Shown: positions 26,801 through 51,667, counted from the first letter of the stretch. The stretch: 64,000 nucleotides of DNA from Amoebidium appalachense (GCA_963693365.1 CAVNZM010000010.1:3405659-3469658), one strand, 5' to 3'. Notes: generated by a model from the letters alone, not told the origin. Translations and numbers: made by a program.

Positions 26801-27860
26801 TTTTTTTTGGGGGGGGGGGGGGCAGTGTCAGATCGGAATACTCTCGAAGAATGCACAGAAATGCACGGCATATTCACATTCAAATTTGGATGTGTGTTGT
26901 GAATGGGGCTAAATTGCGTTATAAATGGCCTATAGATGGTTTATTAGTATGTCATCAGTGCTTCATAGATGGGTTGTTGACCCCCTTTTGCTCGCCGATA
27001 CATATTTGCATCAGTTCCAAAAATATGGGCATCGTTGACTTGGAAATGATGTAGCGCGTGTTGCATTCGAGCCATGACGCCATGAGTTTTACAAAAACTT
27101 ACTTTGTGTTTTTTACTTCCGAAAAGCGCTAAAAATACCGGGGTTGACTATGTTTTTCTGTTTCTCGCGGGTGTTTTTCCTAAGCGTATCCATATTTTCA
27201 TCGAGCTGCCCCCCAAATTCCGAAGGCCGGCAGCAAAAGGTTGCCCGGGATTCACAGTTTCGAACCCTGGAATTGCCTGATAAGTGTGTCAATACGATTT
27301 ACTAAAATCTTTACGGGGATTCATTTTACGTAACTCCATTGAAAGGAACCCCGCCGCGGTCCCCAAAACCAGCACAAAACACGTGCTCATAACACGTGCA
27401 GATGCTTAGAAACCCACCGTTTTTTTTAACAGCACACAAAAAGGAACATATATACATCTGTTTGTTGCAGTATGTCCACTTTGTTGCTTCTATCGATGTG
27501 TTTATTTGTCTCGAAGTTGGTCGATTTTGGGCTTCGGGGGAACAAAAGGGGTTTGGTGGGTTATACTTGGCTTATCAATGATTTATAAACGGTTTTTAGA
27601 TGGGGTATAAATGAGTTATAATGGGTTATACATGCCTTATAAATGCGTCAAAACTATTGGTAGTGACTTTTATGAACCACACTGAGAAACGTTTGCTCTT
27701 GTACTGCATATGTTGTACCGTGTATGCACACGTACACACATGCACACACGCGCAAGCACGCACACACGCATGCTCGCACGCACAAACACACACAGAAACA
27801 CACAAGAACACACAAGAACACACACACACACACATACACACCATCACACTCACACACACA

Positions 27861-27915
<55 letters not shown>

Positions 27916-28122
27916 CACACACACATCCTCCCCCACGCACTGGCGCTGCCCCCCCCACCCCTCCCTCCCTGCCTACAGATACACACACAGCCTACTGTGT
28001 GTAAGTTCCGCATTTGGCTACTGTGTAAGTGCTAGCAATCTGATTGGACATACCAGCAGGTACGATGCTGGGTGTGCGGGACACAGCACGGCTGCTAGAG
28101 TAGGTGGCCCTAAGTTCCTGGA

Positions 28123-28162
<40 letters not shown>

Positions 28163-28410
28163 CCAGTGTGTGTGTGTGTGTGCCTGTGCTGTGTGTGTGT
28201 GTGTGTATGTGTGTGTGTGTGTGTGTGTAGTCACAGGAGTCAGGGGTGAGACGACGGGAGGGGGGGGGGGGGGGGAGGGGGGGATCAGATAATTGAGATT
28301 AAGCAAAGTGCCCATTCCTTGCTCTTCCCACCACCATTTCCACAAACTACACACAAGAACCCACAGCTACACATACCTGCACACTTCTGTGTTTGTAGCC
28401 GCCCCCCGAC

Positions 28411-28451
<41 letters not shown>

Positions 28452-29392
28452 CCCCCCCCCCCTCCAACCCCCCTCCCCTCAACCCTCACTTCTCCAGACC
28501 GTACACAAAAAACAAATGTATGCCCAGACGCACACAAGTACCCACGAATACACGTAGACATGCTCGCATGCCCCCCTTCCATCTCCCCTCCCCCCCGGTG
28601 CCCTTGCCCCCAACACAAACAAACTGTATGGATCACGGAAATGTGGCCAGTGAATGGAACATGGTGGCGGTGCCAGGGAGGAGGGGATGAAAGGAGGAGA
28701 TGGAGAGAGGTAAAAGGAGAGGAAAAGGTAGGAGGCCACATGTTTTTCCAAGTACAGTGTGTGACACAGAAACAGAATAGACACTGACATGCAAGGAAGG
28801 TAGCATAGGAGACAAAACATAAAGCGGAGGAAGTGAGGGATGGAGGTGGGGTGGGGGGGGGGGGGGAGGGGGGGGGGTATGTCTGTGTCTGTGTGTATGA
28901 GATGGGGGCGTGGGGTGGGTCGGGTGGATAGGTGGGTGGTGGTGGTGGTGGTGAGGGGGAGGGGCGCAAGGGCAGGGGAGAGAGAGATGGGGGGAGGGGG
29001 GGTGGGGGGGGGGGGGGGGGGGGGGGAGGGTGGGGGGGGGGGGGGGGGTTTACCTTTGCCAGGAGTAGAACAAGTTGTTCTTCGTCCTCTTCCTGCTCCC
29101 GTTCAAGCTCTGCAAATGGAGTTTTTTTTTTTGTTAGAGCTGCATCAAGAGGAATAAAACGGACGTTTCAGTGTGAGTATTGCTTAGTAAAGGAGATTGA
29201 GGTGGTGGTGGTGGTGGTGGGGAGGAGGGTTTTTTCCGTTTTTTTTTTTTAGTTTTTATGTATTTTTTTTGTGGGGGGGGGGGGGGGGGGGGGGGATGGG
29301 ATGAAAGCAAGCACATGTTTGGAATGGCGTTAGTAAGTGTACCCATTCAAAAAGGGAATATTTCAGGCTTTGGGTCAAGAGGGGGATTGGAG

Positions 29393-29427
<35 letters not shown>

Positions 29428-29796
29428 GGGGGGGGGGAGAGGGATATGAAGACTTTTACTTGTGCAAAGTAAAAAAAAAAACACAGATAATGCAGTGCAT
29501 ATATGGAGGACGAGGGGGGGGGGGGGGGAGGGGGGGGAGGGGGAGGGGGGAGTTAGAAGGGTTAGCATTAACATAGCCCACCCTCAGGTATGAGGGGCAG
29601 GGACAGGGGGGGAGGGGGGAGGGAGGGAGGGGAGGGGGGAGGGGGGGGAGGGGGGGAGGGGGGGGGGGGGGGGGGGGGCAAGTGAACATAGAGCATGGGG
29701 GTGGTGAGGGTGGTGAGAAAAGCACGAGGTCACATATTGGAAAAGTGCAGAGAGGAGGAAGAAGCTACTAAGCGAAGAAACATGGGTGAAGAGGGA

Positions 29797-29829
<33 letters not shown>

Positions 29830-29895
29830 GGAGGGGGAGTGTGTAGGGGAGGTGGTGGTGGCAGGAGAGGGGGGAGTGGGGTGGGTTGTGTGTGT

Positions 29896-29927
<32 letters not shown>

Positions 29928-30143
29928 TGAAGAAAATCGAGATGAGCTTGAAAGGGCATTGAGAGAGAGAAGAGAAACCTAAAGGTAAGAGGGGGAGAAA
30001 ATATGAGAGGAGGCGAGGTGCGGGGGGAAAGTGCGATAGCAGAAGTGCGCATGGGGAAAGCTAAAGCTAAAGGGGTGCCATGCAGGTGACCAAGGAAAAG
30101 GGAGTAGAGGGCAAAAACAAAGGTGCAGGCAAAATACTACGAA

Positions 30144-30175
<32 letters not shown>

Positions 30176-31189
30176 AGGAGAAACGGGGTGTGTGTTTTTT
30201 TTTTTTTTTTTTTTTGTTTGGGGGGGGGGGGGGGGGGGGGGGGGGGGAGGGGGGGAGGGGGGACAGGGGGAGTTCCAGGGTACGTGAAGCTGAGGAGGTG
30301 TATACAAAGTGTGCCTTTGCCTGTCAGCAGATCCGGAAAAAGGGCAACGAAGGTAAACATGGAGGGGAAGGTGTAGGGGGGTGGGGAGGTGGGGGGATGG
30401 GTGGGTGTGTGGTTGGGTGGGGGCGGGGGGGGGGGGGGGGGGGGGGGGGGGGGAGGAGACGGGCAGAACCTTAAAAAGAACACAAGGAGGATCGGTGGGT
30501 GCATGAGTGGGTGGATGGGTGGGTGGGGGGGTGGGGGAATGGGAGGGGAGGGGGGGGGGGAGAGGATAGTAAGTAGTGGAGGGGAAGGAAGGGGCAGGGG
30601 GGGTGGGGGGGGGATATAGGATACAAGCAGACAGAGTGGGGGGGGGGGGGGGGTTTGAGGGGGGAAGGAGAAGATGGAGGGGGGGGGGGGGGGGAGAGAG
30701 AGGGGGGGGGGGGGAGAGAGAGAGAGAAAAGGAGAGGGAGCGAGAGGGAGAGAAAGAGAGAGAGACAGAAAGGCAGAAAGAGAGAGTGAGAGAAGGAGGG
30801 AAGAAGGGAGGGAGAAGAGGGACTACATGGAGAGGAGGGGCAGAGAGACAAAGTGAGAAAGGATGAACGAGAGAAAGAGAGAGAGAGAAAGAAAGAGAGA
30901 GGAAGGGGGGGGGGGGGGGGGGGGGGAGGGGGGCGAGGGAGGGAGGGAGGGCGGGCGGGCGGGCGGGCGGGCGGGCGGGCGGGAGGTAGGGAGGGAGGGA
31001 GGGAGGAAGGGTTGGAGGGAGGGAGGGAGGGACGGAGTGTTGGAGGGAGGGACGGAGGGAGGGAGGGAGGGAGGGAGGGAGGGAGGGAGGGAGGGGGGGG
31101 GGGGAGGGGGGGAAAGAGGGAGGGAGGGAGGGAGAGAGAGGGGGGGGGGGGGGAGGGGGGGGGGAGAGAGAGAGAGAGAGAGAGAGTGA

Positions 31190-31223
<34 letters not shown>

Positions 31224-31350
31224 AGGAGAGAGAGAGTGAAGATAGTGAGAAAGAGAGACGGAGGCAGAGTGGGAAAAAGGAGATCCTACGTTCCAGCTGC
31301 AGTTCGAGCAAGTCACGCGTAGTGAGCAGCTGGTTGGTGAGGGGGTCCAT
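21144..31350 (-). CDS. Uncharacterised spliced protein of about 494 aa: N-terminal coiled coil, Ser/Thr/Pro-rich disordered middle, C-terminal DUF4476-like helical domain
   Basis: Exons are 31350-31290, 29109-29054, 28123-28054, 26763-25931, 25158-25077, 24520-24456, 23851-23788, 22709-22659, 22059-22003 and 21289-21144. All are GT-AG and phase-compatible, totalling 1485 nt with no internal stop. N-terminus: MDPLTNQLLTTRDLLELQLEQLEREQEEDEEQLVLLLAKIQELR. C-terminus: DEELEVFLVNLKACDNPMGRADMLHSVARGYYLTSTQFARILTMLRLPFERERAATILGGRITDPGSVSSALSRYL. The DUF4476 assignment is by pattern recall. Confidence 0.75.
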
Positions 31351-31899
31351 TTCAGGTTGTGTGCTGTGCCTTCGAGCTTATCTCCTCGTCTATGAATGAC
31401 CGGCCATGGTGCCTGCATAAACTTTGAACCTTTAAGTCTGGTGAGAAAAAGACAAACAACAAGAACAGGAATCAGTTGGTTCTCTTTTTTGCGAGAAAAC
31501 AAAGGCTAAGTTAAAAATTATTTGAAAACTGTCAGTTTGAGATGTATGCAGGCTCGTACACTAGCATTATTGTTTGCTTCGGCCACCTATATTAGATTGA
31601 CTGTGGTCCTGCACAAAGCACTTTTTTCTACAAAGGGTTTAAAGGCGGCTGAGAGGTGCTGTGTTCCAAAGACGCTTTAACACACTTGGCGCTTAGCTCA
31701 GAGAACTCTATAACTAGATCTTATAAACACTCAGAAGAACAGCTATCATTGTAGGAAAGCCAACACCGACACCCCAAACTGACAGACACAGGGAAAGCCT
31801 TATGAACCGAAAACTTCTCTTGCCAACTTCTGTGACCATTAGTTTGCGTAATCACTATGGAATTTTGTAATCTCGGCATCTGGGAGGCCGAGTCACATG

Positions 31900-32560
31900 C
31901 GAGAATCGTCAATGATTGGGCACAATAGCGTAAATAATTTTGTTTATCGAATCAGCAGAGTTTTTAGGAATTCCAATACTTGTGATTGGGTTTTAGTCAT
32001 TAGCCAAAAAGGCTTCGTCGGCCTCCGAGCTGATGTGTAGTTTTTTTTCTTTTCCAAACCACACGGACACATTAAAAAAAAAGGAAAAACCCCGGCTGCC
32101 ACTCTGTTTTCTTATTTATGAGCGGCCCGCATGTGACTGGCGAAGCTGCCAGGCCGGGCCCGCTAGCGCTGCCAGTCTGCGCGGCGAGCGCGCAGTTCGT
32201 TCGGAATGCCAGGAATGTGATAATTTATCCACATTGCATGCCGCTCAGTCCTTGCCAATCCTTGGCCTCCCCAAGGAATTTGCTGGTCACGCGGCACGGA
32301 AATAAAAACCAACAAATCAACATCGCAGAGAGACAGTATTGAAACTTGAAGAAAACAAAAGTCTCAGAGCTATGTGTTATTTAGATAAATATATTCAAAA
32401 TCAAGTATTCTTACCTATGGAAAGCTTGCTGCTTGCGTACGCGGTACTACGCACTGTGATGATGCGTATGGCGTCACAGGCTCACAGCTAGCACGCAATC
32501 GTTGCGGAGTCGTTGCTGATTGGGTGCATGGATGCTCCTGGAATCCAATCACAATCATCG
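31900..32560. promoter_or_regulatory. Candidate bidirectional promoter region with CCAAT boxes
   Basis: This microsatellite-free interval lies between two divergent genes and has ATTGG/CCAAT at about 31915, 31985, 32519 and 32544. A minus-strand donor (ag/gtaaga, 32414) and acceptor (31413) suggest a 5' UTR intron for the DUF4476-like gene. Confidence 0.4.
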
Positions 32561-33467
32561 TCTAAACAGCGTAATTAGGCTGTAAAGCACTCAAACCCTA
32601 TATTATTTATAAATGATAAGCTGCCAAACAAATTAACAAACTGTTGAAGTAATTCTTACCAATGCAGTTCGCGTCTATATCTGTCCCGCGTATCTTGAAC
32701 TTTAAAGTTTTATTCCCCTTGACACGAAGACACAGATGCGTGACGCAAATCTGCACAGTCACAGACTCACAGTACATGAAAGTTATTTTTAGCATTGTAT
32801 ATGTGTGGCCGCGAACTTCGGTGTGCAGAATGTGCACTTCATATTTTACGCGTTGGCCAAGCTAAGACGAACGGTACCGGCCGGGACAGAGGAAATGACT
32901 CAGTGATTATACAAGTAGTATTCTAGTTCTTATCATTTTTTCCTCTGGTCCCGAACACATCCGCTCCCATGTTGTGTAGTACATGGGCTTTTCTCAATTC
33001 TTTGTTCTGTTCTCCGCATTTTCAATAGGCAAAAGTTTTGAACAGCCACATGCCGCGACATAGTAAGGATACCTCTTACCAGTTGTGACCACGACCAGCT
33101 TCGAGGTTGGACACGAATTTATAGTATAACATAATTAGATAAGGCACATACAACCTCTAGTCAAGCTGAGTGGGGCACTCCTACTCCTTGAAGCCGTCCG
33201 TTCGTGGAAGAACATACACCGATCACTCTATGAACATAGTCTTCAGCCATTTCAAAAGTAACAGAAAAATAATTTCTCACATGCAGCACCTAAAAGTAGA
33301 AAGGGTGCCAACGTCACTTTCCATCCACTTTGCCTCAAAAAGAAGAGGTTTTTGGGGCCCAACAAACATCCTGCTTTGCATCCATGCTGCTCAGACCAAT
33401 GCAGCTAATTGTATTTGAGCCTAAAGACGAGAAGGCAGTCTTTGCTGCTAAGGACGAGAAAGCAGTA

Positions 33468-43697
<10,230 letters not shown>

Positions 43698-44389
43698 TCT
43701 ACGAAGGAAAGTCGCTGTGGAGGGTTGGGTTACCTTGCCTCCGTTTTTTTTTTTTTCTTCTTCTTCTTCTTTCGTTGTTTGTTTGGGGGATGGGGAGGAG
43801 GGGGGGGGGGGGGGGGGGGGGGGAGTCTGTGTGTACGTGGGTGGTCAGGGAGAAGGGGGTGAGGTGGGGTTGTGGAGCAGAAGGACCCCCCTCCTTTTAT
43901 CTTTTGCGCGGGAAATGGTTTGCTGGCCCTTTTTTCCTCCCCTATGAATAAACGTTCCGAAATTTTGAGCCTTCTGAGGGTTAGGGTGAAAAGGGGCCAG
44001 TGTGGAGGTCTATTTCGTTGTTTGTTAGCGTCATGGAATAATGATCACGAATGATCAAAACGTGCTGTTTTTCAGAGACGGGCATACGTATACATATTAG
44101 GCGGTTGCACGTATGATGGGTTATGTGGTTTTGTTACGCATTAGAATGGTTTTAACTGTCAGATGGCAAGAGTTTTGGTGGTGTGGGGTGTGTGCGTGTT
44201 TGTGTGTGTGTGTGTGTTGGGGAGGGGGGGGGGGGGGGGGGGGAGGCTTCGATATTTAGGGGGGGGGGGGGGGGGGGGTACGTGTGAAACCAAAAGTTGC
44301 TTTTGTCTCGTAGGAGATGAATCAAGCTCTAATCTAATATAATATGGTAGCTTTTTTTTTTTCGGTTTGTGTGTGTATGTGTATGCACT

Positions 44390-44425
<36 letters not shown>

Positions 44426-44887
44426 TAATGGACCACCGAATGTAATCAATGACGCACTTTTACCCTGTGTATACATATCCATTTATGGTATCAACAAATA
44501 ATGCAGAAATAATGCACCCCAGTTGCTGCATCTGAGATAATCCGAGATAATCCTCTATAGCGAAATTTGGATGAGATAGTCGCAACTAACTAAATTAGCT
44601 AGCTACCCGTTGTTGGTTTTTTTTTTTTGTTTTTACTTGTCTGGTTTTAATTTGTAACCCCGGCCATCAATCGTCTACCCCGCGACCTAAGGTCTGACGT
44701 TTATTCATAAACGTGCAATAAGTGGCCGCTGGCCGGCACAAGATTAGCCATTTTTGGTAAAAAGCAGAACCAAATATGGTAATGCTCTGCTCACTGACCA
44801 AAATCTGTAATGGTGATCCCGCACCCTACCGTCAAGCAAGTCCCTCCCTCCCCCCCCCCCCCCCCCCCCCCCCCCACCCTTCCAGAG

Positions 44888-44941
<54 letters not shown>

Positions 44942-45135
44942 AAAAGGGGCCGGTTTAAAAATAAAAAAAATCCCATCCGGGCCCCTCCAACGGCCCCGGC
45001 CGTGCGGTGCACCCACACACACAAACCCGTGACACAAACAGGGCTAGGTCTCAAGGGAAATTTCAACTAAAGAATGGCAGACAGGCAGACATAAATTACA
45101 AAACCAAAATCAAAATAATATGACATGTACAGTAA

Positions 45136-45265
45136 GGGCATGTTTGGCAGCCGAAAATAATCGTATTCGTATTATTGTGCAAATAGACCATTAATCGTAT
45201 TCATAAAATTATTTTGAGGTATGCGTATCTAGGGGAAATACGATTATGGCGCGCCAAACACGCCT
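45136..45265. mobile_element. Tourist-like (PIF/Harbinger) MITE, 130 bp
   Basis: The ends read taa|gggcatgtttggc ... gccaaacacgcct|aaa, and there is an internal inverted pair ataatcgtatt / aatacgattat. GGGC.TGTTTGG termini with a TAA-type target are typical of Tourist elements. Confidence 0.6.
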
Positions 45266-45589
45266 AAACACACAAGCATGAGCCGCTATGCCATAATGTA
45301 GCCCTCGAGCTCCCTGCAGATGCTCGTTTCGGGTGGTGGGCGCGGCAAAGGCGCTAGCGCAAAGGGCGGGTGCCCATAGTGTCAGTAAGAGTGAGAGACC
45401 CATGTTAATGTCTTGGAGTATGAAATAACGTGTGTGTGTGTGTGTGTATGCAAATGACGTGAAGGAGTTGTGTTAGCCTATCATACGGTGCGCGTGGCTT
45501 CGGAAACAGCACTAGTGTGGGTGAACAAGTACTTGTCAACTTGCATTGCAACGTTTCGATTTTCGAGCTTTTGTGCCGGGCCCGGGGAC

Positions 45590-45690
45590 AAGCCAATCAC
45601 AGTGACGGGTCTCAATGGCATATATTTGTCATCACATTTGCATGCAATGCGCTTTTATTGCAATAGACCAATACGATTGGCTATAAAGTT
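45590..45690. promoter_or_regulatory. CCAAT-box cluster, promoter-like
   Basis: agccaatca occurs at about 45591, and gaccaatacgattggctataaag at about 45666-45688. Confidence 0.3.
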
Positions 45691-46002
45691 GCCAACATGG
45701 ATTGACAACGTGATGACGAAGATCCAGAGTTCAGCAAACAGGAACAGAAGAAAGGGCAAAACAGACTAGGTGTCTATTAGTAAAGTTGTAAAAATATATT
45801 AGCATACTGTTCTGAAGGTCAAATACGCCATAGAACCAGCGTTAATGTCATGGCCTTCGGGGCTCTGGAGAAGAGGGGGGGGGGGGGGGGGGGGGGGGGA
45901 TGGCATGCGCCCATTCACTGCTGATGGGTGATTATGTTTAGACAACTGCCGTGCACGTGGTACACGAATACGAGAGAGCGACTGGGATGCACATCTCTCC
46001 CT

Positions 46003-46127
<125 letters not shown>

Positions 46128-46808
46128 AGCTCTCTCTCTCTCTCTCTCGAGCTCTGTCTCTCTCAGATCTCTCTCCCTCTCTCCCCCTCTCTCCCTGTCT
46201 CTCGTTCCCCCCCCTCCCCCCGGGGCGCCCCCCCCCCCCCCCCCCCCCCTCCCCCGGGGGGCGCCCGCCCCCCCCCCCCCCCCCTCCCTCCTCCCCCTCC
46301 CCTCCCCTCCCCCCCCGCCTCCTGACACCTCCCCCTCCTGAGCCAGCCTCCCCACAGCTGCAGCCCAAACCTCTGCCTTCCTTGCCCCCACCCACCACCT
46401 GGAAAACGTTGTTGAACATAGCCGCTGTTTTTAGTTGTGTGTGTGTGTGTTTGGGATTTTTGAATTTGAAATGTGTGTGGGGGGGGGGGGGGGGGGGGGA
46501 GTAGGGGTAAATATCGACGTGCCCCCTGGTGGTACCCCCCTCCCCCCCCCTCCGGGTGGGGAGGACCCACCCCTCCCGAGGGGTGGATGGGTCCCCCCCC
46601 CCCCAAAAAAACACACACACACACATATAAATGCGTGTGATCGTGGCATGGAAGAGTCTCTTGATCCACCCACCAAAGACGGTATTCGCTATTTCAGTTT
46701 TTTTTTTTTCTTTTGGATCAATTGCCTCCGTTTTGACCACTGACACCTGTCCCTCTCCTGAGCCCCCCCCCCCCCCCCCCCCCCCCCAAACACACACACC
46801 CTCACGTG

Positions 46809-46919
<111 letters not shown>

Positions 46920-47012
46920 GTGGGCGCGCGCCCCCATACCCACACACACACGTGCGCGCAGACCCCCATACACGCGCACACGAGTCAGCGCGCGCGCGCG
47001 CCGGTACATTCA

Positions 47013-47107
<95 letters not shown>

Positions 47108-47589
47108 CGAACACACGACACACACGCGCGCACGCGCAAGCGCCCCCATACACGCACACACGCGCACGGGCTCACCCCCATACACGCGCGTGGCACACGA
47201 GTGTGCGCGCGCGCCTGTACACACACACATACACACACACGCGCACACACACACAGAAGCACACACAAACACACACGCGCCCGTACACGCACACCCACAC
47301 ACACCCACACATACACACAGAGTGTCACACACACACACACACACGTGCACATACACGCTTCCCACTCTTTCGTGCCGGGGAAGAGGGGGGGGGGGGGGGG
47401 GGGGGGAGTATGACTACGGCATATAGCCTGAGCTTCAGGTGATCAAGGAATCCTATTGGTTAGCCTCAATGTTTACGTTTTGGGTTGTATGTAAACAGCT
47501 GCTGATTATAATACTAATATGTAATCAGGTTATCTGATATAAATAGTCACATGATGGCAGCCTATGGGGTGGGTGGGTCCCCGCCCCCC

Positions 47590-47649
<60 letters not shown>

Positions 47650-48395
47650 CCACCCTACTCAGGTGGGTGGTGGCCCCCCCCTCCCCCCCTCTCCCTGCTG
47701 GCCGGAGGGGCGGGTGGGTCTCTCTCTCCCTCCCCCCCCCCCCCCCCCCCGAGGGGGGGGGACCCACCTGTCCAAACGGGGGGGTACTACCGGTCCCCAA
47801 CCCCCCCCATTACTCCCCCCCCCCCCCCCCCCCCCCCCCGGGTTCAAAAACAAGAATCCATTTGTGGGGGAGGGGAAGGGAAGGGGGGGGTGGGGTGGGG
47901 GGGAGGGGGGGGGCGGGACAGAGAAAAGGATATGTTGTCCGTAAGGTCTGTGGCTTTAGCGGCTGTTGCCGTGTACTAGTTAACATTAATAAGGGGTGTC
48001 TCTCATCAGTATTATGATGTACATATCCATGCATATGGGGCACATGTTGTGTTTCCGGATTGGCCGGAGGGAGCGGCCAATAAAGTGCACTTGCATCAGA
48101 TCCCCTAAAGAAGATCTGGACGGGCATGCCATCACTTGCAAGGAGCAATTCGGAAATTGTCCGGGGCACCCCATCGTTGCCCACCAAAAGCTACTCACAA
48201 CATTGTCAAGTCCCGGCTTAACGCAAGAGACCGAATTCCTTCTCCCTGTTACACCAAGAAACTGGGAGAAGTTGAACTGGGGGGGGGGGGGGGGGGGGGG
48301 GAGAGAGGGGGGGAGGGAGGGGGGAGGGGGGGGGGGGGGGGATATGTGTCTTAATGCCAGCACAACGATTTCTCTTGGGGGGACCGCCGGGGCGG

Positions 48396-48431
<36 letters not shown>

Positions 48432-49029
48432 GGGGAAGGGCTAGGTATTCTAACATAGCAGAACGGGTTTTTTGAGCAAATGGTTATGAATTGGGCGAGC
48501 TCTATTAACTCTTTGACGAAGGAGGAAGCACTGCTCTTCCTTGCTGCACTTGTGCGGTGCAGCGGATTTTGTGAGCAGTTATGACCATGGTCCGCCCAAA
48601 TGGAAAGTGCCCGGCCAGTCCCAAAGTTGAGAATTGATGTTTTTCAAAATGATTGTGGGAGCAAAACCGATGTGTGATGAATGCTCCATCGCCGAGATCT
48701 AGTTTTCATGTGTGCCATGATACTTTGTCTAAATGTTAGGAACGTGTGTTAGGGAGAAGAGGTAAAAAAGACCACAAATTGGCTATACTTCCGTTTTAGC
48801 ATGCGGGAGGAAAGGGGGGGGGGGGAGGGGAGGGCGGGGGGAGGGGGGGGGGGAGGGGGGGTAGGATGAAAGAATATCAATGAAACTACCACGGTAGCAA
48901 AACGGTACCTGAACTGTAGAGATCTTAGCAGTTCTGAAGAGGAATATTAGCCTGGCAAATAAATACCCTTCCCCCCCCCCTCCCCTTCCCCATCCCTCTT
49001 TGTAAGCCCTCACCTCCCCCCCCTCCTCC

Positions 49030-49283
<254 letters not shown>

Positions 49284-49426
49284 AAATACACCACACACAA
49301 GCCCCAGTTCGATCTCTCGCCACACTCAACCTACAAAAACACAAGGGGGGGGGGGGGGGAGGGGGGGGGAGATGCACGCACACACGCACACGCGCACACA
49401 TGTGCACACACGCACGCACACACACG

Positions 49427-49460
<34 letters not shown>

Positions 49461-49599
49461 GGCACACACACACCTCCCTCCCTTCCCCCCCTTCCCCCCC
49501 CTGCCCCTCCAACACAGAAATTTCAACACAAATGAGAAATGAAGAAAAAAGAAAAAAGAAAAAACGAAAAAGGCAAAATATATGCACCTTTTTTTTTTT

Positions 49600-49630
<31 letters not shown>

Positions 49631-50120
49631 GGAATAAGGGTAAAGAACATAAAACGGGTAAAAAGAGGAAGAGGGCGAGGAGGAGGGGGCGGGATGGGCG
49701 GATTCGGGGGGATTCGGAATTGGGTGTGGAGGTGAGGGGGGGGGGGGGGGGGGGGGGGAGGGGGGGGGAGGCAACTGCCACTGTAGCTAAGGAGCCCGCA
49801 GTGGGTGTTCTTTTTTCAGATTTGTGAATTTTCGCCCAGTAAATACCCCCCTCCCCTCCCTCCCGCCCCTTTCCCCCTAAACAAACAAATCAAACAGGCT
49901 CGAAAAAAAAAAAAAACACCGTGGAAAATCACATACACCAACCAAGCACCACTTCGAGCTCCCCTCGCCCCCCCCCCCACACACACCTTCTACAAACAGA
50001 GGGGGAACGGGTGTGGGAAGTGGCAAGAGGAGGAAGCAAGGTGAGACCATTGGCATGGGGGTGTTGATCGAAAAGGCAGGAGGGGGAATGGGGTAGGAGG
50101 GGGGTGGGGTGGGGGTGTGT

Positions 50121-50172
<52 letters not shown>

Positions 50173-51391
50173 GGGACTGTTTGCATGTACTTTTGAATAT
50201 GACAAGCAAGTCTGGCAAGGATTTTGTGTTGAGCGTTTTTAGTTGAGGATAGCTGTGTATAGAAGGAGCCTTGTTTGGGCGAAAACTGTGCTGGCCACAA
50301 ATAAAACTACGTAGATCTGTAGCCATGAACGTTCACACAGCAAGTTTCAGAGTCTCTGAAGATTAGATGTGGTTTATGGTAATAACTTATGCAGCTAGCA
50401 ATGGGGGTGGCTATGACGTACATAAACACTGACGAACTGGAACAAGTCTGCAGCCTCCCAAGCAGTTTGGAAGCCACTGCGGCAGTCTGTGTGCACCAAA
50501 AAGCCACCCGAAAAAAACTCATACTGGTTAGTGTGACTGTCCAGGAGCGCCCTAAATGTGTTTTGATTGCGGGAATTCCCACATAGACATTCTAGGTACC
50601 TGCATAGGTTTTTGCAGTGTGTTGGGCCCGGATGCAATGTTTTGGAAATTGCAAGCATGGAGAGACATGGCGATGAAACCGGTACTTTGTGACAAATCTC
50701 TCAAATATACTATGATATATAGTGCCTAAGTCTTAACAATATGTATAGAAGCACAAACCTTTCATAACACTTCTGTACATAACTCTTAACAGATCGAGTG
50801 CACATAACCATATTGCAATTTCAACTCTTTTCCGCCTGAGGGTCCATGGTCATTGACGGGCCCGTAACAAGAGTATGGCGCTGGAGTGCTGACCACGGGT
50901 TTTACATTTATTTTGACAACAGGTTTTACATTTAATTTTGAATGTAACATATTCCTGCTTTGCAAAAAAGACTTTTCTTTTGGGCCCAAATCTTAAGCCA
51001 TAACCAATAAACACTGTCTTGTTGAATGTACTGAGTACCCGGAAGTGAAACCTAAGCGAACAGTGTATACAAAATCATTAAATTTCAATAGCCTTGACTG
51101 ATTAGCCTGCACATGCGTGCGACTGCACAGAGGCTACAGACAGAATGATGTCGAACCGAGTGAGCTGGCGCTACGGTGGAAGGAGGGGGGAAAGGGGAAG
51201 GGCCGCAGGTTGGGGGGGGGGGGGGAGGGGGGAGGGGAGAGGGTGGAGGGGGCCAGGAGGGGGGGATGGAGGTGGGGGCCGGCTGGGGGTGGATCTCGTT
51301 CACAAAATTTGCTCTTTCCCCTCCTTTTCATGGAGTGAGTAAGGGCAACAATGGTGCATAGAGAAAAGTTGCCCATCTCTACAAAATGGGG

Positions 51392-51426
<35 letters not shown>

Positions 51427-51631
51427 GGGGGTGGGGGGAGGGGGGGGGCGGGAGGGAGGGAGGGACGGGGAGGGGGGAGGGGGGGGAGAGGGGGGTTGCC
51501 GGGGTCAGTTCCTAACATGCACAAAAAACTTGCCAAATTAAAGAAAGGAAGAAAGAAAAAAAGAAGGGGGAGGCCAGGGGGGAGAGGGGAAGGAATCAGG
51601 GGTGGACGGGAAAGGATTGGGGCGGAGGGGG

Positions 51632-51667
<36 letters not shown>

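Noticed and set aside
27090-27270. Possible hAT-like transposon end (tttcgaaccctg at about 27258-27269)
   Set aside because: I found no matching opposite terminus or target-site duplication.
30284-30320. Candidate 37-nt exon (AKAHFVYTSSAS) in the DUF4476-like gene
   Set aside because: Including it after the phase-1 first exon shifts the frame and hits a stop. Skipping it gives a continuous coiled coil.
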